Made by a program: the position numbers and the translations under genes
The notes under the pieces: generated by a model
Database searches by the model: none
What the model was told of the DNA's origin: nothing
The model's input: the letters and a program-made list of their open reading frames with translations, nothing else
Assembly: GCA_003345555.1 (NCBI GenBank)
Contig: PRDJ01000057.1
Coordinates: 75,836-107,835 of the forward strand
Direction: 5' to 3'
DNA from: Candidatus Thorarchaeota archaeon
Lineage (GTDB): Archaea; Asgardarchaeota; Thorarchaeia; Thorarchaeales; Thorarchaeaceae
Length of the DNA stretch: 32,000 nt
Shown here: positions 1-9,315 of the stretch, piece by piece
Layout: each line of letters begins with the position of its first letter
Numbering within the stretch: position 1 is the first letter of the stretch

Positions 1-218
1 TTCTCGTCCTGACTCTTCTTTGCCTGCTTCACCATGTCTTGGTACTGCTTAATCTCCGTTTGATATCTCTTCAACCGACGCACATCTGTGAAGCGTTTCA
101 TAGCCAGATTGCTGGTTAGGGTCACACCCATAGAGACGAGAGTAATCAAAACGCCCGAAAGCGGTGGTGTACGGAAGATCTCAAACCAAGATAAGAGAGC
201 TGCGAACAGGTCCTGCAT
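1..218 (-). CDS. DUF106 / EMC3-TMCO1 (Oxa1 superfamily) membrane protein, runs off window start
   Basis: Hand translation from ATG at 218: MQDLFAALLSWFEIFRTPPLSGVLITLVSMGVTLTSNLAMKRFTDVRRLKRYQTEIKQYQDMVKQAKKSQDE, a TM helix followed by a coiled coil. Canonical position after secY-adk in archaea. Not in the ORF track. Confidence 0.85.
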   Translation of the reverse strand, partial: MQDLFAALLSWFEIFRTPPLSGVLITLVSMGVTLTSNLAMKRFTDVRRLKRYQTEIKQYQDMVKQAKKSQDE

Positions 219-224
219 TCTCGT

Positions 225-815
225 CTACTCCATTAGTGTTTGATATAGCTCGGTCGCAGCCGCCTCGACTTCTCCCTGACGATTGTTGATTATCCTCACC
301 GTTGCTCCAGTGATCGTCCCTGCGGCGACAGCAGCGGCTCTGCACATCTGTTGATGGATCTCTATCACCGCAACATCTTGGCTGTCACGTGCACGAGTGG
401 GGTCCTCGCTCCTTCGCGCAGCAATCTTATCGGGTGCTGCTTCGACCAAGACTATGGTCTTTGGTCCAAGTGCAGTCACTACCCACTCAGGCAGCCCAAT
501 CAAGTAACCGTTGTTCGTTTGGATGAGCGTATGTGTGTCAACAATGATACGCGCTGACTTGGCCTTCTGAGCTATGCTCTGACCTGCCAGCTTCTGGATT
601 TCGCGCTGCGTCTTTGTTGCCAGCTTTCTCATCTCGTCTCTGTCTTTCACCAAGCCCTTCTTGGACGCGACTTCGAACATGGCTGTCCCAAAGTTCAGCA
701 CAAGGACTTCCTCTCCGTGCTTCTGCTTGACCATATCTACAGCTGTTGTGATTACGGTCGTCTTGCCGACACCTGGGATTCCTGTGACTATGACAAGGTT
801 CTTTCCTTCGGGCAC
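225..815 (-). CDS. adkA: Archaeal adenylate kinase
   Basis: P-loop GIPGVGKTT, IIVDTH, GLP motif; follows secY; GTG start. Confidence 0.95.
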   Translation of the reverse strand: MPEGKNLVIVTGIPGVGKTTVITTAVDMVKQKHGEEVLVLNFGTAMFEVASKKGLVKDRDEMRKLATKTQREIQKLAGQSIAQKAKSARIIVDTHTLIQTNNGYLIGLPEWVVTALGPKTIVLVEAAPDKIAARRSEDPTRARDSQDVAVIEIHQQMCRAAAVAAGTITGATVRIINNRQGEVEAAATELYQTLME

Positions 816-960
816 AAATATCAGACATCCAGCAATCGAGCTGTTCCGGGGGTTTTAGCGTCCCCGTTATATGTCCTTCTGTAAGAGGTAATGGAGAACG
901 GCCTGTCAAGAACCCGTGTACGGACCAGGATGCCGAGTTGTGAGGCTACAAGTAGGTCGA

Positions 961-2457
961 CTACAGGATTCCCAGCAGACCCTCGATTCCCTCGCCGCCC
1001 ATCTGCTTGAGCTGTTCCTTGGCAATCTGTTCGTAGTACTGCTTGATGATCGATACCATCAGCAATATGCCCGTACCGCTTGCTAGTGCACCCATAACAT
1101 CTGCTGCTGCTGCCAGGATGCCTATCAGAGCTCCGCCGAATCCCGCCACCACTGGGATGTATCGGTCAAGCAGCCTCTCAAGAACCTTCTCGCTTCTTCT
1201 GAAGCCCGGAACGATGTAACCGGAATTCAGCAACTGCCTCGATACATCACGGGGAGCTATGCCGCTGATGTCAATCCAGATTCTACTGAATCCCCAGCAT
1301 AACAGAATGGTGATTGCAGAATAGATGATAACATGTGGTAAGCCGTCCCACTGCTGGAAGACCGCAAATATGCCCTGAGGCGGCGTGACGTATCTTGCCA
1401 GACCCGAGATAGCTATTAGTCTGCCGCTGGCGGCATCCTTTTCGAAGACTCCTAGCCAGTTAAGGAAGACGTTCGAGGGATATGCATTGTAGAGGATCTG
1501 GGCGAAGAATATGACGTTAGCAAAGAGAGCCTGCGCAAGGATAACAGGTATGTTTGACGTATAGAGCAGCTTGATCGGGTATTTTGCTCTCATGCCTCTG
1601 TACTTGGCGTACTGCAGAGGTATCTCCACTCGCATGGATTCCATATACAGTACGAGGAAGAATATCAACAGAGTGATACCAAGCGATAGGAGACTTGGAT
1701 TAAACCCGTCTCTCACGATTAACCAGGAAGCATCAACAGTCGGACCAGCATCGGTACCAATGCCAAAGAATCTCAGGATGTTCGCGATAATGGCTGCGAT
1801 AATGCCTTTGGGCAACCCCGTACCTGTTTGAGGGTAGCCCAGCGGCTGGGCGTTTGTCTCGTACTGTGTGATATCAAACATGTTGAATATGACTTGACCT
1901 GCTACGTTAGTCATGATGAACAGCGAGACGCCTGATCCGAGCCCCCAGCCCTTCTGTACAAGTTCATCCATCAAGATGACGATTATGCCTGCCGCAAAGA
2001 GCTGGAAAAACACAAGCACAGCTTCTTCGGCAGTGAGGGTGCCATATGCGTTCCCGATTATGTAAGCCATTGCCTGGAATGCTGTCATAAGCATGGCTAG
2101 CACTTTCTGACCGCCTGTAAACAGAGCTCGGTCATCGGGGTCGCTGAAATCCACATTGATTATCTTGGAACCTGAAAGGAGCTGCATTACTAGGCCTGCA
2201 GTGACTATTGGTCCTATTCCAAGTTCCATTAGCGTGCCTCTTGTGCTTGCAAGAATCACACGCATGGCCCACAGATAGTCGGTGACGGTCGCCTGGTTCA
2301 CCCCGTATAGGGGCATGTGGGACATCACAAGGAATACGACAAGTACCAGAATAGTCCAAATCGCTTTCTCTCGGAAAGACACCTTGCGATTAGGCGCCTT
2401 GACCTCGGGCATGACCCGGACCATCGGAGATAGGGCCCTTAGAAATGTAGATGGCAA
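961..2457 (-). CDS. secY: Protein translocase subunit SecY / Sec61 alpha
   Basis: GTLMELGIGPIVTAG, GWGLGSGVSLFI, YPIKLLYTSNIPVI, IPGFR-like motif, GTGILL; multiple TM helices; TTG start. Confidence 0.98.
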   Translation of the reverse strand: MPSTFLRALSPMVRVMPEVKAPNRKVSFREKAIWTILVLVVFLVMSHMPLYGVNQATVTDYLWAMRVILASTRGTLMELGIGPIVTAGLVMQLLSGSKIINVDFSDPDDRALFTGGQKVLAMLMTAFQAMAYIIGNAYGTLTAEEAVLVFFQLFAAGIIVILMDELVQKGWGLGSGVSLFIMTNVAGQVIFNMFDITQYETNAQPLGYPQTGTGLPKGIIAAIIANILRFFGIGTDAGPTVDASWLIVRDGFNPSLLSLGITLLIFFLVLYMESMRVEIPLQYAKYRGMRAKYPIKLLYTSNIPVILAQALFANVIFFAQILYNAYPSNVFLNWLGVFEKDAASGRLIAISGLARYVTPPQGIFAVFQQWDGLPHVIIYSAITILLCWGFSRIWIDISGIAPRDVSRQLLNSGYIVPGFRRSEKVLERLLDRYIPVVAGFGGALIGILAAAADVMGALASGTGILLMVSIIKQYYEQIAKEQLKQMGGEGIEGLLGIL

Positions 2458-2507
2458 TTAACCGGTGGTCTCCTGCAGGTTTTCTGGGGCACCATCTGGA
2501 TTTGGCC

Positions 2508-2516
2508 TTTAAAGAT
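2508..2516 (-). promoter_or_regulatory. Putative TATA box (ATCTTTAAA) of an internal secY promoter
   Basis: Lies in the 162-bp rpl15-secY gap about 50 nt upstream of the start, with AGGAG downstream. The same 9-mer occurs upstream of rpl22. Confidence 0.5.
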
Positions 2517-2619
2517 AGTGGTGGTTGCGAGCATGCTCCATCTACGAACAGCTGAATCCGTATTCGACATGCTATCTCAGCACATTGCCACTTGGCTCAA
2601 TGACTCGCTGTCCACAGTA

Positions 2620-3069
2620 CTACTCAGCCGGGAGGTCGACTGTGCCGCCCTTGTTCTGAATCTTCTCTCTCGCACCGGGAGAAATCGCCTTAACGCCGGT
2701 AAGGTTCAGCTTGCGCGTCACCCTGCCCGAACCTAGAACCTTGTCAGCACCAAGACGGGCGACATCAACCGTGTAAGCACTTCCGGACTTGGTCGCGAGT
2801 CCTCGGCTAACAAGTCGGTCCAGAGACTCGTCAATCTCGCCTACATTGATGGTGGAGGGAAGTTTGAGGATGCTTTCCGGTCTCTTGAAACCATGCTTGC
2901 CAAAGTAGTGTGGATTGAGCTTCATGGTCCTCATTCTGTGATGTTTGTCAGTTCCGGCGTTGCCCATTCCACCTCGCTGACCCGCAGCACGATGACCCTT
3001 TGTATCGCCATAACCCGCGGTACGCAATCCTCTCAATGAACGAATCCTTTTCGACTTCCGCGTGTACAT
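2620..3069 (-). CDS. rpl15: 50S ribosomal protein uL15
   Basis: GHRAAGQRGGMGNAG, YFGKHGF, INVGEI, KVLGSG motifs. Confidence 0.97.
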   Translation of the reverse strand: MYTRKSKRIRSLRGLRTAGYGDTKGHRAAGQRGGMGNAGTDKHHRMRTMKLNPHYFGKHGFKRPESILKLPSTINVGEIDESLDRLVSRGLATKSGSAYTVDVARLGADKVLGSGRVTRKLNLTGVKAISPGAREKIQNKGGTVDLPAE

Positions 3070-3083
3070 CGTCCGTCTCTCCT

Positions 3084-3626
3084 CTATGCCTTCTTCAGTC
3101 GCACTTCTAAAACACCATTCCGTAGTGATGACTTAGCTTCTTCCTTCTTGACTTTGGCTGGTAGTTCAAGTTCTCTATGATACGGTCTCTCTTGGTTACT
3201 AACGTCAATGGTCAGAATCTTGCCCTTCACATTGACCTTGATTTCGTCCTTCTCAACTCCGGGCAATTCTGCAACGACCACTATTTCATCCGTCTCCTCG
3301 ATCACATCGACAATCGGTTCGAGCTGAGGAGCAACAGGTTCACCGGGGTTCTCCGGGATTCTATGACCGAATCTCTGGATGACCGGCTTTCCATCGGGAC
3401 CTATGGTCATTGAGAATCCAAAGATAAGAGGGTTCAAGTCGTGTGGATTCTTCATCAGCTCATCAATGAATCGTTGGTCAAACATCGACCCATTGCCCAT
3501 TTGGCCGAGCATCTTCTGCATCATGTCTTCGATATTTCGAAGTACATCTTCTGGTAGGAAGTCTCCCAGCCACTTGCGCAGTGCCTTGCGTGCATCCTCA
3601 TCATCTGGATTATCGTCCCAAGACAT
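3084..3626 (-). CDS. hsp20: Small heat-shock protein (Hsp20 / alpha-crystallin family)
   Basis: FGFSMTIGPDGKP, DVIEETDEIVVVAELPGVEKDEI, LRNGVLEVRLKK; SD GAGGTGA upstream. Confidence 0.95.
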   Translation of the reverse strand: MSWDDNPDDEDARKALRKWLGDFLPEDVLRNIEDMMQKMLGQMGNGSMFDQRFIDELMKNPHDLNPLIFGFSMTIGPDGKPVIQRFGHRIPENPGEPVAPQLEPIVDVIEETDEIVVVAELPGVEKDEIKVNVKGKILTIDVSNQERPYHRELELPAKVKKEEAKSSLRNGVLEVRLKKA

Positions 3627-3648
3627 GCTTGTTCACCTCAAGAACCTT

Positions 3649-4131
3649 TCATATCATACGTTGCGCGAGTTCGTTTATGGCTTGCCCTCTGTCACCTGTT
3701 ACTCCGCCCATTCCTACTGGAAGATTCCTCTTCCCCCTGAAGCCTTTCTTGGGCGGAGTCAGCCTGAAGACCGGTTTCAAGCCTTCCATGTCCGAGATAT
3801 CCGCTGTCCCGGCGACCAATGCCTTGGCAAAAGCGTCAATGGATTTATAGCTAGAGTTCTTTCTCACGTAATCATCTGTCAGCATCTCGTTGCCGGGGAT
3901 TCTTCCTCTCTTTGATATGAGAAGGGTCGCTGTGTTCTCGTCGATTGGTCCCCATGTGATGTAGTCCTTTGCCCTCATAATCATACCGCGAACATCAGAT
4001 GTAAGCTTGATCACTCGTGCATTGTGCACCTTTCTGAGCCGAAGGTACCCAAGCGTGTCTTCTATCTCCGGCCTGACTCTAGCAGGTCCCCTGATCCGTA
4101 TCGCCAAGATGGGCTTCTCTTCCTGACTCAT
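3649..4131 (-). CDS. rpl30: 50S ribosomal protein uL30
   Basis: LAIRIRG, TLGYLRLRKVH, YITWG, FRLTPPKKGF. Start moved to ATG at 4131 (TGATG overlap with the rps5 stop). Confidence 0.96.
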   Translation of the reverse strand: MSQEEKPILAIRIRGPARVRPEIEDTLGYLRLRKVHNARVIKLTSDVRGMIMRAKDYITWGPIDENTATLLISKRGRIPGNEMLTDDYVRKNSSYKSIDAFAKALVAGTADISDMEGLKPVFRLTPPKKGFRGKRNLPVGMGGVTGDRGQAINELAQRMI

Positions 4132-4808
4132 CACCCATACACTCCTGGGGCTGACCATTCCTGAGGCGGCAGCATTTTGTAGGTCTTCATGAGCGCATAG
4201 ACATATGCTTTTGCAAAGTTTGAGTGCGTCCTAGATCGGCCCTTCGTAACGGACCAGACATCCTTCAGACCTGCAATCCTGAGCACCAGCTTTCCCACAT
4301 CTGCAGTAACAAGACCCGTTCCTTTGGGTGCTGGCTTCAGTATCACTGAAATCGATCCGGCAGCACCACTGACTTGAAACGGAATACTATGCATATCGCT
4401 GCATCTGCACTCCCACGATCCACAGCCTCTGCGAAATACAGTGATGTTCAGCTTGGCCTTCGCCTCAGCGGCTCTTACAGCGGGCACAAACTCTGAGGCT
4501 TTTCCGACACCTATGCCTATCACTCCTTGACCGTTTCCCACTATGACCGTGATTCGGAAACTCTTCAGCTCTCCTGAGTCCGATTGTCTTTGAACCAGAC
4601 TGACGTCTGCAACCTCTTGTCGGATGTCGGGGAATAGGGCGTCTAATATCTCGGGCTCGCGTACGACAAGATTCTGAGCAAGGATCTCCTCTAGGCTGTT
4701 GATGTGGCCGTCCTTGACCATCTGGCCCAGACGTGTCCTCGGAATCCACTCTTCCAGAGCTTCTTCTTCTTCACGAACTGGTCGGCGTCTTCTCTGTTGT
4801 CTGCTCAT
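4131..4808 (-). CDS. rps5: 30S ribosomal protein uS5
   Basis: WIPRTRLG, VGNGQGVIGIG, RRGCGSWEC, PAPKGTGLV motifs. Confidence 0.97.
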   Translation of the reverse strand: MSRQQRRRRPVREEEEALEEWIPRTRLGQMVKDGHINSLEEILAQNLVVREPEILDALFPDIRQEVADVSLVQRQSDSGELKSFRITVIVGNGQGVIGIGVGKASEFVPAVRAAEAKAKLNITVFRRGCGSWECRCSDMHSIPFQVSGAAGSISVILKPAPKGTGLVTADVGKLVLRIAGLKDVWSVTKGRSRTHSNFAKAYVYALMKTYKMLPPQEWSAPGVYG

Positions 4809-4822
4809 CAGCGATTATCCCT

Positions 4823-5605
4823 CTACAACTTCTCACTCTTAGCCTTCTTGCCCTTGACTCTGCCTTTTCCTTTCGATACGAGTCTCTTTGGTCTTGGCTT
4901 GATTGGCTGTGCTCTAGGAGCCTTACGGATGGCTTTTCCTTTCACAGCTTTCTTGGCTAGCTTCTTGGCTGGAGCAGCTGCCGCTCTTGCTGCAGCCGCC
5001 TTCTTCTTAGGCTTGAGATCAGCGGCTGGAATGTCAAGGACTTTCTTCTTGACGGTCTCAAACTGCTTTGGAATGGTCTGTATGTCGACCTTCTTCTGGG
5101 TCAGCTGAGTGAACATCTTGGATGCTCCTTTGTCGCCTTTGAAGTGCTTGTACGCCTCCACAATGTGCTGACCCTTGATCCTAGACTCGTCCGGCAGGAT
5201 TTCGGAATCATGAGCCACTTCCAGACCTGCATCAATCGCTCCCTTGAGTGCTGCATAGACTCTCGATCCCTTGATTGGTGGGTTGAGTCCTAGATCAAGT
5301 ACTGCCGTCTCAATGCCTCTTTCCTTTGCTCGGCGTCCTGCCAGTAGTCCTGTAAGATAGGCCGCTGGAAGGTTACCAGTTGATGCGGACCAACCGTAGG
5401 TTCCTAGTTCTCCTGACATCGCGGAGGCAACTGTTCTGTCGCCCACTATGTCCGCATTCACCAGTTGGACAATCATACTTGTGTTGGTCTTCCTGACTAC
5501 AAGGCGAGGCATCCTTGACATCAGGAGGCGTCGTCGTCGATAGTAGTCAGTCTTACCCTCTCGGCGTCTACGAAACTTCACTCGATAAGTCGGGCCGTGT
5601 GCCAT
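4823..5605 (-). CDS. rpl18: 50S ribosomal protein uL18 with Lys/Ala-rich C-terminal extension
   Basis: YRVKFRRRREGKTDY, RLVVRKTN, AAYLTGLL, LDLGL, GAIDAGL. Confidence 0.97.
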   Translation of the reverse strand: MAHGPTYRVKFRRRREGKTDYYRRRRLLMSRMPRLVVRKTNTSMIVQLVNADIVGDRTVASAMSGELGTYGWSASTGNLPAAYLTGLLAGRRAKERGIETAVLDLGLNPPIKGSRVYAALKGAIDAGLEVAHDSEILPDESRIKGQHIVEAYKHFKGDKGASKMFTQLTQKKVDIQTIPKQFETVKKKVLDIPAADLKPKKKAAAARAAAAPAKKLAKKAVKGKAIRKAPRAQPIKPRPKRLVSKGKGRVKGKKAKSEKL

Positions 5606-6054
5606 TACTTCGCCCCCAGTTTGCGTTCTGTTATGTAGGTCTTAATATGGCCCGTATTCCTGAAGGCGTTGCCCTTGGCCTTGAGGTAGAGATCCCGGTA
5701 GACTCTGCTAGTTATCTTTCCGTCTGTCCTGAGCTTCTTCAGTTCCTTCCTCATTGGACGGATTTTCATCATCCAGCGGTCCTTCTTTGACAAGACTGCT
5801 GTATTCTTGCCCTTCTTGCCGCCCGGGCCTTTTCTCTGACCTTTGCGAATCTGATGCTTACGGAATCTTGCCCTTCCTCTACTAACGCCCTGCTTCTGCC
5901 TCGCTTGGATTGCCCCCTCGTCTACCAAGCGGCGAATGTCATTCTTGGTTATTGCGAGAGAGACTTCGTCTTCGAAGGCAGGATCAATCCAGACTCTTGT
6001 TAATCCGACGTTCATCACGTCTGCAGCAAGACGTTTCTGTGTACTGAGCCTCAC
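5605..6054 (-). CDS. rpl19e: 50S ribosomal protein eL19
   Basis: QKRLAADVM, RVWIDP, WMMKIRPMR, LYLKAKG; GTG start. Confidence 0.97.
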   Translation of the reverse strand: MRLSTQKRLAADVMNVGLTRVWIDPAFEDEVSLAITKNDIRRLVDEGAIQARQKQGVSRGRARFRKHQIRKGQRKGPGGKKGKNTAVLSKKDRWMMKIRPMRKELKKLRTDGKITSRVYRDLYLKAKGNAFRNTGHIKTYITERKLGAK

Positions 6055-6791
6055 TTTTCATCTGCCTCCGTGTCGAGTTCTGAAAACAGCTCTTCTTCCC
6101 TAGCAGATTCAGGAACGCCAGGGTTCAAGACTCTAAGGTGCATCGTTTCAGCTTTCTTGAGGATCTCCTGACGTTTTCTCATTCCGACAGTGCCGCCAAT
6201 TCGCACAGCATGGATATTGGAGTCAAGGCCTTCAAGCTGTCCGACATTATACACTGGGACCTCGAGATGCATTGACGGATGAATATCTCTGGCTGCTCTT
6301 GGAGTACGATACCCCGCACATACCATCGCAATTCGCCCTTTGCGCTTCTGCCTAGTGTAGCTATCATTTCCGCGCACATTTCTCCACGAGTCACTAAGGC
6401 GGATCCAGCGATGTGCATTCTCGCGGCGGAATTCTGGAAGACCGTGTTTCTTGTGTTTTGCAATCCTGAAAAGTCGCATTTCAACGATTCCTTCCCGCAC
6501 GCGTTTCGGGGCTTCTTTCTTCGATACCACAGCCGCTTTGGATACTGCCTTCTTCCTTGCGGCTGTTCTGGGCGCTTCTGCTTCAATCTCACTGGGCTCC
6601 TTTTTCCGTGCCGCTTTCGGTTTCTCTGGTGCCGCTCGAGCCTTGCGCGGCGCAGCTGCCTTCTTGGCGGTCTTCGCTGAAGTCTCTCGGACTTTGGCGG
6701 CCTTTGCAGGTGCGGTTTTCTTCGGTTTCTTTTCCCGATCCTTTTCCGACTTCTCGGCCCGCTTCTTTTCCGTCCTTTGTTCTTCTGACAC
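6051..6791 (-). CDS. rpl32e: 50S ribosomal protein eL32 with ~100-aa Lys/Ala-rich N-terminal extension
   Basis: FRRENAHRWIRLSDSWRNVRG, GYRTP, HPS, IGGTVGMRKR. Confidence 0.95.
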   Translation of the reverse strand: MSEEQRTEKKRAEKSEKDREKKPKKTAPAKAAKVRETSAKTAKKAAAPRKARAAPEKPKAARKKEPSEIEAEAPRTAARKKAVSKAAVVSKKEAPKRVREGIVEMRLFRIAKHKKHGLPEFRRENAHRWIRLSDSWRNVRGNDSYTRQKRKGRIAMVCAGYRTPRAARDIHPSMHLEVPVYNVGQLEGLDSNIHAVRIGGTVGMRKRQEILKKAETMHLRVLNPGVPESAREEELFSELDTEADEK

Positions 6792-6803
6792 AATCTAAAC
6801 CTC

Positions 6804-7364
6804 CTATACGACAGACTTGGTTGTCTCACCCTTTCTCTTCTTTAGGACGTAGATGCCATCAAGGAAGACACGCCTGTCCTTTGACCTCAGTCGCGTGGCA
6901 TTCTGTATGTTTGCGGCGCTCTGCGAAACATGCTCAAGGTTGATGCCGCTGATAATCACATCATCTTCTGTTATCTTGGCTTGGACGTCTCCAATCAGCT
7001 TTGCCTTTCGGATGCCTCGTTCTCCTATTAGGTTCTTGATGATTACGTCTCTGCCTTTGAGGTCTACAGTTATCGGGAAGTGCGAGAAAACGATCTTCAT
7101 CTGATACTCATAGCCATGTTGCACACCGACGAGCATGTTACGGACGTGTGCTATCATAGTGCCGACAAGGGCTCTTGCTTTCTTTCGAGCTACGTCTGTG
7201 CTAGCAACTACCTCATTTCCTTCGATTCTAAGGTGCGCATAGGGCTCTGGGAATGTTCTTTCGAGTTTGCCCTTAGGACCTGAGACGATGATTGTCTTTT
7301 CCTGAAACGTGACCTGGCAGCCAGTGGGTATCTCTATGCGTTTCTCATAGATGTCATTGGGCAT
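6804..7364 (-). CDS. rpl6: 50S ribosomal protein uL6
   Basis: VSGPKGKLER, HFPITV, NLIGER, KDRRVFLDGIYV. Confidence 0.97.
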   Translation of the reverse strand: MPNDIYEKRIEIPTGCQVTFQEKTIIVSGPKGKLERTFPEPYAHLRIEGNEVVASTDVARKKARALVGTMIAHVRNMLVGVQHGYEYQMKIVFSHFPITVDLKGRDVIIKNLIGERGIRKAKLIGDVQAKITEDDVIISGINLEHVSQSAANIQNATRLRSKDRRVFLDGIYVLKKRKGETTKSVV

Positions 7365-7375
7365 AGCTAATCCTC

Positions 7376-7768
7376 CTAGTACACGTAGGCAAGTAATCTG
7401 CCTCCTATTCCACGGCTTTTCGCATCTTCGTGCGTCATCACGCCTTCCGGTGTAGTGACAATGAGAATGCCGTAGTTGTATGCAGGCAGGAATCTCTTCT
7501 CATACTTCTCGAAGCCGTCGCGCTTTACAGGGAATCTAGGTCTTATCACTCCACACTTGTTTGTGCGACCCATGAGCTGAATGCGGAGCCTACCTTCTCT
7601 GCCATCGTCAATCCGCTCGAATTCTCCGATGTAACCTCTGGCCTGCATGACGCGAAGCACTTTCTCGATGAGCCCTGAGGCTGGCGCCACGACTACCTCG
7701 GGCTGTCCAATGAGCTCACTGTTGTAGATGCTCGACATCGCATCAGCCAACGGATCTAGCAGTGTCAT
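7376..7768 (-). CDS. rps8: 30S ribosomal protein uS8
   Basis: [33 protein letters not shown]. Confidence 0.98.
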   Translation of the reverse strand: MTLLDPLADAMSSIYNSELIGQPEVVVAPASGLIEKVLRVMQARGYIGEFERIDDGREGRLRIQLMGRTNKCGVIRPRFPVKRDGFEKYEKRFLPAYNYGILIVTTPEGVMTHEDAKSRGIGGRLLAYVY

Positions 7769-7784
7769 CTTCTCTCTTTGCCCC

Positions 7785-7955
7785 CTAGGAGTATTTGCGG
7801 AAGCCCATCTTCTTCGCTGTTTCCCTGAAACAGCGTCGGCACATGTTCAGCCCGAATCTGCGGATGAGTGCCTGGTGTGTACCACACCTAAAGCAGGTTC
7901 TGGAACCCTTCCCGACCCTCTTGTGCTCTGTTTCTTCTTTCTTGGTTGTACTCAC
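7785..7955 (-). CDS. rps14: 30S ribosomal protein uS14 (Zn-binding)
   Basis: Hand translation: [56 protein letters not shown]. CxxC...CRRC motif; SD GAGGTGA 6 nt before the GTG; correct position. Not in the ORF track. Confidence 0.96.
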   Translation of the reverse strand: MSTTKKEETEHKRVGKGSRTCFRCGTHQALIRRFGLNMCRRCFRETAKKMGFRKYS

Positions 7956-7966
7956 CCTTGCTCACC

Positions 7967-8563
7967 TCAGAACAGATACGTGCGTTCCTTCTCCTTCTCC
8001 AGTATCTGGATGCCGAAGTCCCTTCTGACAAGCACCATGCTTTCCTCTGGCGTCACCCTGTGTCTATAGGGGACCCTTGACCGCTTCATTCGTCGTCTCT
8101 TCACTCTGAAACCGCGGCGCTCAATGCAGACTGTGATATTCATCCCTTGTACACCGAGTTGCGGGTCATACTTGACATCCGGTATGTCTATGTGTTCACT
8201 GATTCCGAATGCAAAGTTGCCATCAAGATCCCAGTTCTTTATGAGTAGTACGTCATCCTTGGCCTTGAGTGCTCTTGCCAGGAACTCCCTTGCTTTCTGG
8301 TGCCTCAATGTCACTCGTACCGCAATCGGTTCCCTCTTCCGGATGCCAAAGTCTCGGATTGTCTGGTGCGCCTTGGACTGCACGGGTGTCTGACCCGTCA
8401 GGTTCTTGAGAATAGTAGCCGCCCGTTCGAGAGTCTCGCCGCCGCCCACACATATATCGACCACAACTTTGGCAATCTGTGGCTCCCTCATTGGGAAGGT
8501 CTTCCAGTCGTCTATGATCAGCTGCTCGTTGGGTGAAATCATCTGTTCCTCTGAGGTGCTCAC
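7967..8563 (-). CDS. rpl5: 50S ribosomal protein uL5
   Basis: PQIAKVVVDICVG, FGIRKREPIAVRVTLR, GNFAFGISEHI; GTG start. Confidence 0.97.
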   Translation of the reverse strand: MSTSEEQMISPNEQLIIDDWKTFPMREPQIAKVVVDICVGGGETLERAATILKNLTGQTPVQSKAHQTIRDFGIRKREPIAVRVTLRHQKAREFLARALKAKDDVLLIKNWDLDGNFAFGISEHIDIPDVKYDPQLGVQGMNITVCIERRGFRVKRRRMKRSRVPYRHRVTPEESMVLVRRDFGIQILEKEKERTYLF

Positions 8564-9315
8564 TTGCTCTGGCCTCCTGTGGGACTTAGGCTAATCTCAG
8601 GTTTCCCGGAACCAACGACAAATACATACTCTGTGGCTGTCTGGACCTTGTTTCCGCCAGAATCCTGGAGGGTCACAGTACTGGCGTGAGTCCCGAACCT
8701 CTTGTTGATCGAGACGATTTTGCCTTCGATTCCGATGTTCTTTCCTCGTGACACAAGTGCATAGGCCCCCTCAGCTAGTGGGAGCGTTTTGATTATTCTC
8801 TGATCTGGAATTGAAACCTTGACGGTCTCGAGTGGATGATGCGCGGATGGCTTCTCACCCTTGGGAAGCAAGATATTCCGTCCGTCATGAAGAGTAATCT
8901 GCAGGCGCCCTCCGTTTACTATCATCTTCTTCTCTACTCTGCAAAGCTTGAAGCCCTTCTCATTCTCGCTTATGGTGACGAGTCGTAAACCTCCCTGTGG
9001 CTTAGGGAGCAGTCTGAAACTGTCCCCAGATGACTTAATCTCGATAACATCCATTATACCTACGGGGTAGCGGGGGTCTTTCCGTGGCTTCCCGTCAACG
9101 AAAACGTCTCCACTAGTCAGCATCACCTTGACCTCTCGCATATTCTCTGCATAACCAAGTGTCTCTCTGAGAAGAACTGTAAGTGTCATGCTGTACTCCT
9201 TTGGATGGGGACCAGAGACCGGCCTCGTGGTGAACTTGTATTCCTTCCTCTTTATTGGCCAATGCTTAGGGGCCGGCAGTCGCTTCAGATGTTTCTTCTG
9301 ACCCAATCGTGTCAT
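8560..9315 (-). CDS. rps4e: 30S ribosomal protein eS4
   Basis: KHLKRLPAPKHW, GPHPKE, YPVGIMDVI, LHDGRN. Confidence 0.97.
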   Translation of the reverse strand: MTRLGQKKHLKRLPAPKHWPIKRKEYKFTTRPVSGPHPKEYSMTLTVLLRETLGYAENMREVKVMLTSGDVFVDGKPRKDPRYPVGIMDVIEIKSSGDSFRLLPKPQGGLRLVTISENEKGFKLCRVEKKMIVNGGRLQITLHDGRNILLPKGEKPSAHHPLETVKVSIPDQRIIKTLPLAEGAYALVSRGKNIGIEGKIVSINKRFGTHASTVTLQDSGGNKVQTATEYVFVVGSGKPEISLSPTGGQSK

